A DNA stretch of 64,000 nucleotides from an uncultured Candidatus Sumerlaeota bacterium (GTDB lineage: Bacteria; Sumerlaeota; Sumerlaeia; MWCT01; JAUWMI01), in assembly GCA_964454265.1 (NCBI GenBank), contig CAYVXD010000002.1, positions 888 to 64,887 on the forward strand. Direction: 5' to 3'. Below are positions 48,577 to 58,072 of this stretch, one piece after another (position 1 is the stretch's first letter; each line of letters begins with the position of its first letter). Under the pieces are notes generated by a model. That model ran no database searches. It was not told where the DNA came from and saw nothing but the letters and a program-made list of their open reading frames with translations. Position numbers and translations under genes: made by a program.

Positions 48577-49533
48577 ATGGGGGAAATTATGTTAGCTTTG
48601 TTTCTTGGAGCCGGCTTTTCTAAGTGGGCTGCAAATTTACCGGTGGCCAGTCAGTTCTTTGATTTTAACGTTGAACCTTCGGGGCCACGTGAGCTTAAAA
48701 AATTGGAGATTGTAAGGTCGTTAAAACATAATTGGGACAAATCACACCCGTATGGGCTTAGCGAACAATTCATTGTAGATGCATTGAAATTTGAGGAGAA
48801 AAAGAAAGAGGCGGTTCTTTGGTATATTGTTCGTAGGCTTTCGGAACCATTTATTTGGAAAGAATATCATGCACAGAAATGGCGCAGACATGTTTTGATG
48901 ATTGATGAAAATCGCAAATACGATAGACCAGGAGTCATTCAAGCACAAAAGTTTCTTAAGAAATATTCGACCCCATCTTTAGCTGGTATCATAACCACGA
49001 ATTATGATATCCTTGTTGAATATGCGCTTGGGACAAAGGGATTCAACTACGGTATCCCTAATCAAGCGCTTACAGGTCGAGGGCCGTATCCCGTTTCTCA
49101 GTGGAAAAATCCCGTTATACTAAAAGGCAATATCCCGATAGCGAAAATTCATGGTAGTATTTCATGGGATGAACATAATCAATATACAGATGGGAGGCAT
49201 GGTTTGACAGGTCATGCTTTGATTGTGGCACCAACGCCCGAGAAAGAATCATCAGAATCTTTGAGATTTGTTTGGAACTTGGCTAAAGAAATTCTCAGAA
49301 AAGCCACACGAATCATTGTTTTTGGGTTTGCATTTAACCCTTACGACACTTCCGTTCTGAATTTTCTAAAATCTGAAGGTAAGAACTTGGAGTCTGTTCT
49401 CTTGGTGAATATAGGATCCAACACTGAGGCGGCACGTATTCTGTGGCCACGCGCTAAAATTGTATCGACAATGCCGCCACCAGATGGGAATAAAGAGATG
49501 CAAAATTGGCAGAAGAAATGGCTAGGAATATGA
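48577..49533 (+). CDS. SIR2-like (SIR2_2 family) protein, putative NAD+-consuming effector
   Basis: LALFLGAGFSKWAANLP (GAGxS), IITTNYDILVEYAL (TTNYD with catalytic Asn) and IAKIHGSISWD (catalytic His). The gene starts 17 nt after element 1 and is AT-rich. Confidence 0.65.
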   Translation: MGEIMLALFLGAGFSKWAANLPVASQFFDFNVEPSGPRELKKLEIVRSLKHNWDKSHPYGLSEQFIVDALKFEEKKKEAVLWYIVRRLSEPFIWKEYHAQKWRRHVLMIDENRKYDRPGVIQAQKFLKKYSTPSLAGIITTNYDILVEYALGTKGFNYGIPNQALTGRGPYPVSQWKNPVILKGNIPIAKIHGSISWDEHNQYTDGRHGLTGHALIVAPTPEKESSESLRFVWNLAKEILRKATRIIVFGFAFNPYDTSVLNFLKSEGKNLESVLLVNIGSNTEAARILWPRAKIVSTMPPPDGNKEMQNWQKKWLGI

Positions 49534-49543
49534 GCCCAATTTC

Positions 49544-49619
49544 ATCTAACAGCATGTTTACGGTTCGCTACGCTCACCCAAATGCTTTCGGCACTTCGCA
49601 AACACGCAGGACGTTAACC
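49544..49619 (+). repeat. attC-like element 2 (76 bp) following the SIR2-like gene
   Basis: ATCTAAC agcatGTTTACGG...CCAAATGCTTTCGGCACTTCG CAAAC acgcaggac GTTAACC. It is colinear with element 1, shows compensatory changes in the inner stem (GTTTACG/CGCAAAC versus GGCTTTGCG/CGTAAAGCC) and keeps the loop block CAAATGCTTyCGsCACTTCG. Confidence 0.5.
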
Positions 49620-49819
49620 AAATTTGATATTGCCATTTTATGGGTTCGCAAAGCGTTTTAAGTGCGAGCATTTCCTGCCTTAAAATCCAGTAGCCGGGTA
49701 TGCCTTCCTGGTTTCATTAAGGGCCTTCTGCACCTGTTAATTGTGTTGAATTGCTGCGCCTATAATGACTATGGCTTGAAAGGTGATCCTTCCCCTTCAC
49801 TTTGTTCAGGGTCAGGATG

Positions 49820-49847
49820 AGGGGTCGGGGGTAGAACTCCCCGACCC
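49820..49847 (+). terminator. GC-rich hairpin GGGGTCGGGG-gtagaact-CCCCGACCCC (terminator-like; alternatively a degenerate tRNA 3'-end repeat marking the islet boundary)
   Basis: 10-bp perfect stem followed by TCAATTATTTG. It loosely resembles the tRNA T-arm/acceptor segment TCGGGGGTTCAAGTCCCCCCGCCCCGACCA. Confidence 0.4.
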
Positions 49848-50067
49848 CTCAATTATTTGCGTCAAGTGGCCAGTTAATCATTTGACATTTTCATATAGAT
49901 TGCCATGATGGTTGCGATTATCTGAATTGTTTACGATTCACGTTTTTGCAATAGAGCATTGGAAATCCCTCAAGCCAATCGCGTAAAGCCGCTTTTTCAG
50001 CGTGCGTTTATTAGATCGAGCAGGGATAGCCATAGGCTGAGAGTATCCTTGGTTTTAATGTGAATCC

Positions 50068-52083
50068 ATGGAAGAAAATGATCAGATAATTGCCCTGCAT
50101 GAGGCACGGGAAGGCACGGTTCCGGTATTACCTATTGCGCTTGGCTTTGCGCTTTCTGTAGTTTTGCTGCTCAACATCTACCTCAGTTCGCCCGATTCTG
50201 CCGCATACTACAGTGTGCCGCGTTCAATTCTAATTGATCACGATCTGGATTTTCAAAATGAGTATTTGTACTTCGAATTTCAACCCAATATGTTTTACCT
50301 CACAGGGCATCAACGCCTTTCGAATGATTGGCCGATTGGCGCAGGGCTGCTCTGGTTGCCTTTCTTTATACTCGCCCATCTTCTTGCGTTAGCCCTTTAC
50401 CTGCCCGGCATGCTCCCGAATGGTTATAGCACGGTTTACCAGCTGGTCGTGTCGCTGGGGATTGTGATATATGGATTATGCGGCCTTGTGCTGAGTTTCC
50501 GATTTGCACGCAGGTACGTTTCGGATCGCTCTGCATTATTCGCTGTAGGATTGGTAGTGTTTGGCTCGCCGCTGGGATTCTACCTTTACTATTACGACTT
50601 TATGTCACATGTGGTCTCGTTTTTTGCCATTTCGCTTTTTCTTTATCTCTGGGTGAGCACGTATCGCACGCGAACACTCCGGCAGTGGGGCACCCTCGGT
50701 CTGGTAGCGGGTTTGATGACGATGGTGCGGCCTCAGAACGTCTGTTTTCTTGTAGTCATTGTAGTCGAATATGTGATGGTGCTGCGCCGTGAGCTCCTGA
50801 GCAACAGCGCGGCGTTGAAGCACTACATAAAGGGGATCATGCTGCTGATTCTGGGCCTGGTAGTCGGTTTTCTGCCCCAGATGCTTTTCTGGCTTACCGT
50901 CTATGGGAGTCCAATTGCGTTTCCCAAGATGGAGGAAATGCACTGGTTCAGGCCCCGGGTGTGGGCCATGCTCTTTTCGCAATATCACGGACTGTTGGCG
51001 TGGTCACCAATCCTGATGCTAGTCTTGCCAGGACTGTATTTTATTTACAAGATGGAGAAGCCGGTTGGGGTGGCGCTCAGTCTCGCGCTGGTGATTCAGA
51101 TGTACCTGAACAGCGCGAATGAGGTCTGGTGGGCAGGGGGATCGTTTAGCAACCGGCGATTTGCTGACTATGCGTTTATTTTTGTTCCTGCGATTGCCCT
51201 TATGGTGCACAGAAGGCGAGGCCCGCTGCTGCCAATATTGTGCGTGGTTCTTGCCGCTTGGAACTGGCTCTTAGTAATTGCTGAGCGTGCTGGCGTGCTG
51301 ACATTGGATCATTTTGTTCCCTGGACAGGTGAATTCTGGCGCTCGCTGGTAGGATTGGCTATAGATCCGTTGCGCAGCTTTGGCGCAATGATCGGCAACT
51401 TCGGAGACGTCGCGATTCTCAGTCGCGTGCTTATTGGCATTGTTTTTGGAGCAGTAGTGTTCCTGGTCATTTATTTCTTTCAGAGACAAAAAAGGCACAA
51501 TCAATTGGCGAACATCGGCTCTGGATGTCTGATGGCCTATACCGTGCTTTTGGGCCTGAGCTTCATTGTTCTCATCCCCAATACCAGACCGATTGAGGCC
51601 GAGACCTTTTCCTATCAACTCTCTCGGACAAACCGCGTCCTGTGGAACAACTACTACGAGTACGGCTACTACTTGCTCATGAAACGCAAATACGACGAGT
51701 CAATCAGGGCATATGAAAAGGCTGTGACCTTGTGGCCGGAGCGTCCCTATGCCTACCGGTATCTTGGCACAAACTACTACCTGCTGGGACAGTATCGTCT
51801 GGCAGCTCAATATTGCCGTGAGGCGCTTGCTATTGACCCGGAATACCAGTCAGCAGCCCAATATTTGGCCGCGTGTTACAGGGCCATTCTAGCAGAAGAG
51901 CCGCAGAACCTGGCGCTGATGCTGGGGCTCGCGCGACTCTACAAACAGCTAGGCAACCTTGAACGATCAGAGATGCTATATCAGGAAGTATTAAGGCAGA
52001 ACCCGAACAATGCGACAGCACAGGAAGGAATTGCTGCAATCCGTACAAAGAAGAAAATCAGGCAATTCCCAGTCCAACCGTAG
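50068..52083 (+). CDS. GT-C family membrane glycosyltransferase (PMT/ArnT-like, GT39-type) with C-terminal TPR repeats
   Basis: 671 aa. The N-terminal 480 aa are polytopic membrane with an early conserved DxD-like loop (SSPDSAAYYSVPRSILIDHDLDF). The C-terminus has TPR helices (YEKAVTLWPERPYAYRYLGTNYYLLGQYRLAAQYCREALAIDPE...). Confidence 0.65.
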   Translation: MEENDQIIALHEAREGTVPVLPIALGFALSVVLLLNIYLSSPDSAAYYSVPRSILIDHDLDFQNEYLYFEFQPNMFYLTGHQRLSNDWPIGAGLLWLPFFILAHLLALALYLPGMLPNGYSTVYQLVVSLGIVIYGLCGLVLSFRFARRYVSDRSALFAVGLVVFGSPLGFYLYYYDFMSHVVSFFAISLFLYLWVSTYRTRTLRQWGTLGLVAGLMTMVRPQNVCFLVVIVVEYVMVLRRELLSNSAALKHYIKGIMLLILGLVVGFLPQMLFWLTVYGSPIAFPKMEEMHWFRPRVWAMLFSQYHGLLAWSPILMLVLPGLYFIYKMEKPVGVALSLALVIQMYLNSANEVWWAGGSFSNRRFADYAFIFVPAIALMVHRRRGPLLPILCVVLAAWNWLLVIAERAGVLTLDHFVPWTGEFWRSLVGLAIDPLRSFGAMIGNFGDVAILSRVLIGIVFGAVVFLVIYFFQRQKRHNQLANIGSGCLMAYTVLLGLSFIVLIPNTRPIEAETFSYQLSRTNRVLWNNYYEYGYYLLMKRKYDESIRAYEKAVTLWPERPYAYRYLGTNYYLLGQYRLAAQYCREALAIDPEYQSAAQYLAACYRAILAEEPQNLALMLGLARLYKQLGNLERSEMLYQEVLRQNPNNATAQEGIAAIRTKKKIRQFPVQP

Positions 52084-52465
52084 ATGCTCCAAGTTCAATA
52101 GAGGAAACAGGAGGGCGATTTACGTCTGGTTCTGTGCGACGCGATTGGAACCTTTGAAACTGTGTTGTGCTTCGAGCAGGCGAGCAGAATCATCTATTCG
52201 TATGCCAGATGTAAGTGTTTTGGGCATAACTTTAGCATGGTGGGTGCGTCCAAGTACTAACGAATTTTCTTGCAAGGCGTACGTGCAACACTGTAATGGT
52301 GCATCTGGCAATGCTGATTGTGTTCAATGTTCACGCAATCATTACGATTATCGAAAATGATGTACGCGGATGATGCATCCTTAATTGTACGGGCAGGTTT
52401 GAAACCTGCCCTTACGATCTTCTCGTTGTTGCGATAGAACGAAAATTTCGTAAGGAGGACACATA

Positions 52466-54961
52466 ATGAGGCGTTACAACGTAAACAACATGAGGTTGCG
52501 AGTCTTTTGTTGCGGAGTGTTATTGTCCATCGTTCTTGTATTCCTGGCTTGTTCTCATCTTTCAGTCCAGAGGAGCCGGCAAGATTCTCAGGCACGGTTT
52601 TTGCCGGGACGACTTGGCACGAATGAGGTGCTTTTGCCGAACCAATGGCGGTTGACACCGGCGGGTCGTCAGCTACCCCTTGGTGATCTTCCGCTCAATA
52701 TGTCCCTGAGTCCTGATGGGCGCTACCTGGCGGTAAATAATAACGGCTGGGGCGATCATCAGGTGATCATTGTTGACTCTCAGAAAGGAACGGTTCGGTC
52801 GCAGGTGACGATTCCCAAGTCGTGGTATGGCCTGACGTTTAGCCCGGACGGCAAATTTCTCTACGTGACCGGCGCTGCAGACAATCTTATTTATCGCTTT
52901 ACCTTTGATGAGGGTTTTCTTTCAGGCGAGCGAACAATTCCGGTTGGCGAGCCGAAACAGGCGATTTTCCCCAGCGGCATAGCGACGAATCGTACGGGCA
53001 CGAAGCTGTACGTTGCCAACAATCTGGGCCATAGCATGTCGGTGGTAGATCTGGAGCACGAACGGCTGGAGGCTACGATTCCTCTCGGGCCCGAAACGTA
53101 TCCCTACACGTGTTTGGTATCGCCCGATGATAAACGCATTTACGTAAGTTTGTGGGGTGCTGAAGCCGTGGTAGTGGTTGACGCGGCGGAACTTCGGGTG
53201 GACAGTATCATCAAGACAGATTCTCATCCGAACGACATGGTGCTGAATGAAGCGGGGACGCGGCTATACGTCGCCAACGCTAATATTAATACCGTATCGG
53301 TGATTGACACGCAACGGCTCAAGCGCATTGAGACAATCACGACAAGTCTTTATCCAGATGCACCGGAAGGGAGTACTCCGAATGGCGTGGCACTGAGCTC
53401 TGACGGTACAATGCTCTTCGTGGCGAATGCAGACAATAATGATGTGGCAGTAGTGGCAGTTTCCGACACCGGACCAAGCGAGGTGCGCGGCTTCATTCCA
53501 GTGGGCTGGTATCCAACAGCGGTCGAGGTTACCAAGGATGGAGCACGGCTGTTCGTGGCGAATGGCAAGGGCACAACGTCGTTTGCAAATCCACAAGGCC
53601 CCTCGCCATTTCTGCCGTCACGCAAAGAGACGCAGTATATTGGCAGGTTGCTCAAGGGATCGTTGTCAATCATTGATATGCCTGACGCATCGCAGCTGGC
53701 TCAATTCACAGCGCAGGTCTACGCGAACTGTCCGTATAAAAAGGGGAGTGTAGTGACGGCAAAACCTGAAGGACCAAATCCCATTCCGCATAGTGTTGGC
53801 GAACCTTCGCCAATAAAATACGTCGTCTACATTATTAAAGAGAATCGCACGTATGACCAGGTGTTTGGTGACATGCCGGAAGGTAATGGAGATCCCAATC
53901 TGTGCCTTTTTCCAGAGTGGAACACGCCGAATCATCATGCCCTGGCGCGCGAGTTCATCTTGTTTGACAATCTTTATGTTGATGCGGAGGTAAGCGCAGA
54001 CGGGCACAACTGGTCAACAGCAGCGTATGCGCCTGATTACATAGAGAAAATCTGGCCGCAGACCTATTCCGGGCGTGGCCGGACGTATGACTTTGAAGGC
54101 CACAAGAAGATTGCGCAGCCGGATGCAGGCTACATCTGGGATCTGTGTCAAAAAGCCTGGGTGACGTATCGCAGCTATGGAGAGTTCATCGAGAATGGCG
54201 CAACGCCGCAGGATCCGGGCCGGGCGCGAGTGGCTGCACTTGAAGGACACTTTGATCCTTTCTTCCGCAGCTATGATCTTCGCTATAAAGACGTAGATCG
54301 TGCAGAACAATTCCTGCGCGAGCTTCGCCAGTTTGAGGCCCAGGGCACCTTGCCGCAATTTATTATCATACGGCTTCCCAATGACCACACCGCTGGCACG
54401 CGACCAGGACGTCCGACACCGCGGGCCATGGTGGCGGACAATGACCTCGCTCTAGGGTTGGTCGTCGAGAAGCTGAGTCAAAGCCCCTTCTGGAAGGAGA
54501 TGGCCATCTTTGTGATTGAGGATGATGCGCAGAATGGATGTGACCACGTTGATGCGCATCGTTCTGTTGCGCTGGTGATTAGCCCATATGCAAAGCGCGG
54601 ATACGTGGACAGCACGTTTTACAGTACGACGAGCATGCTTCGCACCATGGAACTTATTCTTGGTTTGCCACCTCTGAGTCAGTACGACGCAGCCGCCACA
54701 CCGATGTATAACGTCTTTACCATGACACTAGATTACAGGCCGTACAGGCACCGGCCGGTCAGCGCCGTGGATCTTGATGCGACAAACCTGAAAACGGCGT
54801 GGGGTGCGAAAGAGTCAATGGAAATGAACCTCGACACAGAAGATTCGGCCAATGACATTGCCTTTAATGAGATTATATGGAAGGCAATTAAGGGAGCGAA
54901 CTCAGAGATGCCGCCGCCGGTTCGGTCGGCGTTTGTGAGTATTGCAGGAGCTATGCCGTAG
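52466..54961 (+). CDS. Lipoprotein: YncE/YVTN-type beta-propeller fused to a phosphoesterase-family (PLC/AcpA-like) domain
   Basis: Lipobox LVFLAC. YVTN-like blades (LYVANNLGHSMSVVDL, IYVSLWGAEAVVVVD, LYVANANINTVSVID, LFVANADNNDVAVVAV). The C-terminal YVVYIIKENRTYDQVFGD...DGHNWSTAAY...FVIEDDAQNGCDHVDAHRS matches the phosphoesterase family (PF04185-type). Confidence 0.7.
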   Translation: MRRYNVNNMRLRVFCCGVLLSIVLVFLACSHLSVQRSRQDSQARFLPGRLGTNEVLLPNQWRLTPAGRQLPLGDLPLNMSLSPDGRYLAVNNNGWGDHQVIIVDSQKGTVRSQVTIPKSWYGLTFSPDGKFLYVTGAADNLIYRFTFDEGFLSGERTIPVGEPKQAIFPSGIATNRTGTKLYVANNLGHSMSVVDLEHERLEATIPLGPETYPYTCLVSPDDKRIYVSLWGAEAVVVVDAAELRVDSIIKTDSHPNDMVLNEAGTRLYVANANINTVSVIDTQRLKRIETITTSLYPDAPEGSTPNGVALSSDGTMLFVANADNNDVAVVAVSDTGPSEVRGFIPVGWYPTAVEVTKDGARLFVANGKGTTSFANPQGPSPFLPSRKETQYIGRLLKGSLSIIDMPDASQLAQFTAQVYANCPYKKGSVVTAKPEGPNPIPHSVGEPSPIKYVVYIIKENRTYDQVFGDMPEGNGDPNLCLFPEWNTPNHHALAREFILFDNLYVDAEVSADGHNWSTAAYAPDYIEKIWPQTYSGRGRTYDFEGHKKIAQPDAGYIWDLCQKAWVTYRSYGEFIENGATPQDPGRARVAALEGHFDPFFRSYDLRYKDVDRAEQFLRELRQFEAQGTLPQFIIIRLPNDHTAGTRPGRPTPRAMVADNDLALGLVVEKLSQSPFWKEMAIFVIEDDAQNGCDHVDAHRSVALVISPYAKRGYVDSTFYSTTSMLRTMELILGLPPLSQYDAAATPMYNVFTMTLDYRPYRHRPVSAVDLDATNLKTAWGAKESMEMNLDTEDSANDIAFNEIIWKAIKGANSEMPPPVRSAFVSIAGAMP

Positions 54962-55296
54962 CAGAAAGATAGCTAAGTCGCGATAGAGGGCCCTTTAATA
55001 ATTAACGCAGACGAAGCATTAAAAAACACCGTCCTCGTCTTTCCTGAACCCAGGCTTTTTCGTCCTGTTTAGCACACCAAGCAGTCATGCTGCGTACTAT
55101 TTTTTACGCTTATGACGAGTGCGCTTGCGCTGCTTTTTAATTTTGTGCTTGCGAATTTTCTTTCGTCGTTTCTTAACAACACTGCCCATAGAAATTTCTA
55201 TCCTTTGCTTTGCTAGCTGTATCTAGAGAAGAAAGATCATGCACACCTTTTCAGCTTGTCTTGTCAAGCAAAATTGCCGGCGGAGTTCTATTCAAC

Positions 55297-56292
55297 CTAG
55301 GATTTCTGCAATTTACGCAGTGCATCCAGGGTAGCTTGCGTGATTTTCCGCACCAGGTCATCGTGTGCCAGCGGTGTAGCGGCTTTTACGATGCCACAGC
55401 CGTTGCAAATCGGACACAGCGCGTTCTGCTTAGCACAAACGTTTGCGCTCATAAAGATTTCCATTTGCTCTTCCACGACACGAGTCACCGCATCTTTCGC
55501 TTCGCTCAGCAGCCCGGGAAAATCCACACATTGGAGACCCTTGTCCAGCCGTTGTCTTACTGCCTCACAAGCCGCAACGACCATGCCGGTGTAGAAATTG
55601 ATCTTTGCCACCCCAAGGCTAATGGCTTTTCGGAAATCTTCAATTGATAGCCCAGTGCCGCCATGCAAAACCAGTGGCATCTTGAGCGTCCTGTTGAGCT
55701 TGTCGAGTCGTTCGAAGTCGAGCTGTGGCTTTCCCTGGTAGAGCCCATGTGCGGTGCCTACAGCCACGGCGAGGGCATCAACGCCTGTGCGCCGGACAAA
55801 TTCCTCAGCTTCATTGACTTTGGTAAAAAGCTCTTCGCTCACCTGTTTGCTGGCTGACGCTTGCGCCTCTGCTCCGCCGATATGTCCCAGCTCGGCCTCG
55901 ACCGTTACGCCTACGGCGTGGCACATTTTCACGACATCGCTTGTTGTGGCGAGGTTCTGCTCAAATGGGAGGCGCGAGCCGTCAAACATAATAGAAGTAA
56001 AGCCAGCACGCAATGCGCGCATGATGGCCTCAAAGCTTTCGCCATGGTCGAGATGTAACACTACGGGAACACTGGCGCGGTGGGCCACGTACTTGATGGC
56101 GGGCGTGATGTTTTCCAGCGTAACGTACTTGAAATGAACTTCAGCAATGCTGAGGATAACAGGGGAGCGTTTGCGTTCAGCCGCTTCGATAATCGCCTCG
56201 AGAAACTCCATGTTGATCACATTAAAGGAGCCGACAGCGTATTTCTGTCGGTATGCGTCATTAAGGACATCCTTGAAATTGACGAGCGGCAT
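55297..56292 (-). CDS. fba: Class II fructose-bisphosphate aldolase (FbaA/tagatose-bisphosphate aldolase family) with ~45-aa Cys-containing C-terminal tail
   Basis: KYAVGSFNVINMEFLEAIIEAAE, VPVVLHLDHG, GFTSIMFDGS and LVLHGGTG are class II aldolase motifs. The tail reads CAKQNALCPICNGCG. Confidence 0.85.
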   Translation of the reverse strand: MPLVNFKDVLNDAYRQKYAVGSFNVINMEFLEAIIEAAERKRSPVILSIAEVHFKYVTLENITPAIKYVAHRASVPVVLHLDHGESFEAIMRALRAGFTSIMFDGSRLPFEQNLATTSDVVKMCHAVGVTVEAELGHIGGAEAQASASKQVSEELFTKVNEAEEFVRRTGVDALAVAVGTAHGLYQGKPQLDFERLDKLNRTLKMPLVLHGGTGLSIEDFRKAISLGVAKINFYTGMVVAACEAVRQRLDKGLQCVDFPGLLSEAKDAVTRVVEEQMEIFMSANVCAKQNALCPICNGCGIVKAATPLAHDDLVRKITQATLDALRKLQKS

Positions 56293-56362
56293 AGGATCAT
56301 TCCTGCTGTGCGCAATAAGTGTCTGGAGGTCTAACGATTCACAGCCAGCGCATGCCGTGGAC

Positions 56363-57811
56363 TTATACGGTCATATCCTGGACGTGGATGCCGGCGGCCT
56401 GACAGGCGTAGGTAATTTCCTGGACGCAATGGCCCAGCGTAGCGACGTAGTGGTTGCCTGCAGCCTGCTTGATGAAGCGATGGGCGTCAGTCTTAAGGTG
56501 AATAGCCACGTGCGGCCAGGTCTTACCCCACACGATGTTCTTCTTCATAGGCTGGCTGAACGCCATGGCGCGGCCGCTGGCCAGCTGCATGACGTAGCGA
56601 CCATCAATACGAGCCAACCGGCCGATGGTCATATCGCCTGCTTTTCCGTCATATCCGATGGCACCGCCAGAGGCGCCCTGGCACTGTGGTGCGATCACCA
56701 CTTTCGAGAGAGCGGTTTTCGGGTCCAGGGAATTCGCCGCATAGAATACTGACGATGCGCCACAGTTTGATAGTGTGATATATTCGTTTGACACGAACTT
56801 CAAGTCGCCAAAGAGGGGAGGGATCTCGGGCTGAATCTGATGAAAGAGCACTGCAGTCAGTAGTCCTTTGATATCGCCCTCGCAGACGGTGGGGATAATG
56901 GGTTGCAGCCCGCTTGCATCGCTGGCAAAAGGAAGAAACGCGGGAAGCGTGCATGCTGTGACGCCGTACTCCACTGAAAATTCCGGTTGGCATTTGACCG
57001 ATACGCCAAGAATTTTCAGGTCGCGCAGCTCATTTAGGCGATCGCGCGCCGCCAGATAAAGGGCCAGCTGCTTCTCAAGCACCGAAGCCGTTAGCATCTT
57101 GTGATCGAACTGTATGACGACCCCCTGTGCCTCGAGCCAGGTGCGGAGCCTGGCGATCCGCTTGGGGTTAGATTGCAGAATTTCTTCGGCACGCTTGATA
57201 ATGATGTATTGGCCTTCCGTCAGAATGTCGTTAACCAGGAAGGACTTCAGATTGGGGATGTCGTCTTGCAGATGCTCCATGCCGAGGCAGTAGCTGCCGC
57301 CCCACAGGAGGATGCTGCCCTGTCGCATGCGCTGAAAGGCCGTAGCACCGCGAAGCCAGCGCAAGAGTTCACCGGTCTCGTCCATGAAGCGCTGATGCGT
57401 TCTCACGTGGTGGGTTGCCGCGTGTTCCCACAGCGAAGCACCTGCAGCTGTGATGCCAACCGAGCCGGCCCATGCTGCATCCTGACTGGTGTAGAGAGCA
57501 AGTGGACGGTTGAGTTCGCGGGCAAGCCAGATCACCAGCTGCGGTTCGGTCCAGTGCCAAATGCAAACAATCAAGGCTTCGACCTCATTAGTGACCAGCG
57601 TTTTCAGACACTCTTTATTCTCCGCATCTGTGGCGATGCCAAAAACATGCTTCCGTCCTTCGCGCATCTGGGGCAAAGGGTCAACAACCTCAATGTGGTG
57701 TGCCCGCAAGAACTCGCAGAGCTGATAATGGGACTTCTCGATGTACTGTTCTCGTTCGCGGGCGAACGCGGTTTTGCGGGGATCAGTATACGAAACGATT
57801 CCAACCCGCAT
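56363..57811 (-). CDS. L-fucose/L-arabinose isomerase-family protein
   Basis: 482 aa. The N-terminal MRVGIVSYTDPR...EALIVCIWHWTEP Rossmann-like swivel domain and overall length match the FucI/AraA-like family (COG2407-type). Confidence 0.5.
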   Translation of the reverse strand: MRVGIVSYTDPRKTAFAREREQYIEKSHYQLCEFLRAHHIEVVDPLPQMREGRKHVFGIATDAENKECLKTLVTNEVEALIVCIWHWTEPQLVIWLARELNRPLALYTSQDAAWAGSVGITAAGASLWEHAATHHVRTHQRFMDETGELLRWLRGATAFQRMRQGSILLWGGSYCLGMEHLQDDIPNLKSFLVNDILTEGQYIIIKRAEEILQSNPKRIARLRTWLEAQGVVIQFDHKMLTASVLEKQLALYLAARDRLNELRDLKILGVSVKCQPEFSVEYGVTACTLPAFLPFASDASGLQPIIPTVCEGDIKGLLTAVLFHQIQPEIPPLFGDLKFVSNEYITLSNCGASSVFYAANSLDPKTALSKVVIAPQCQGASGGAIGYDGKAGDMTIGRLARIDGRYVMQLASGRAMAFSQPMKKNIVWGKTWPHVAIHLKTDAHRFIKQAAGNHYVATLGHCVQEITYACQAAGIHVQDMTV

Positions 57812-58072
57812 GAAGCGACATCCTTTCGATACAAAGTCTGGACGAAAATCTTAGACGGAACAAGCCAAACGTATCCTTAACAGACAGGAAAACAGCAGTC
57901 AAATGAATTATAAGACAGGTATGAATACATGTATATTTTGCTCTTGCAACTAATCTCTATTATTCCAAGAAGTTTTGCTTGCTCAGCGCTATATGAACCA
58001 TGCCGTACTATATGGGTGCCACTTAGCAGTCTTAGAAAATCCGCACGCGTGTGTGAGGGTATAGATCTCCAT

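Noticed and set aside
49820-49847. attR direct repeat of the tRNA 3' end marking the right boundary of the islet
   Set aside because: Similarity to the tRNA T-arm/acceptor is only loose (TCGGGGGT...CCCCGACC). The hairpin is equally well explained as a terminator, so it is kept as low-confidence.
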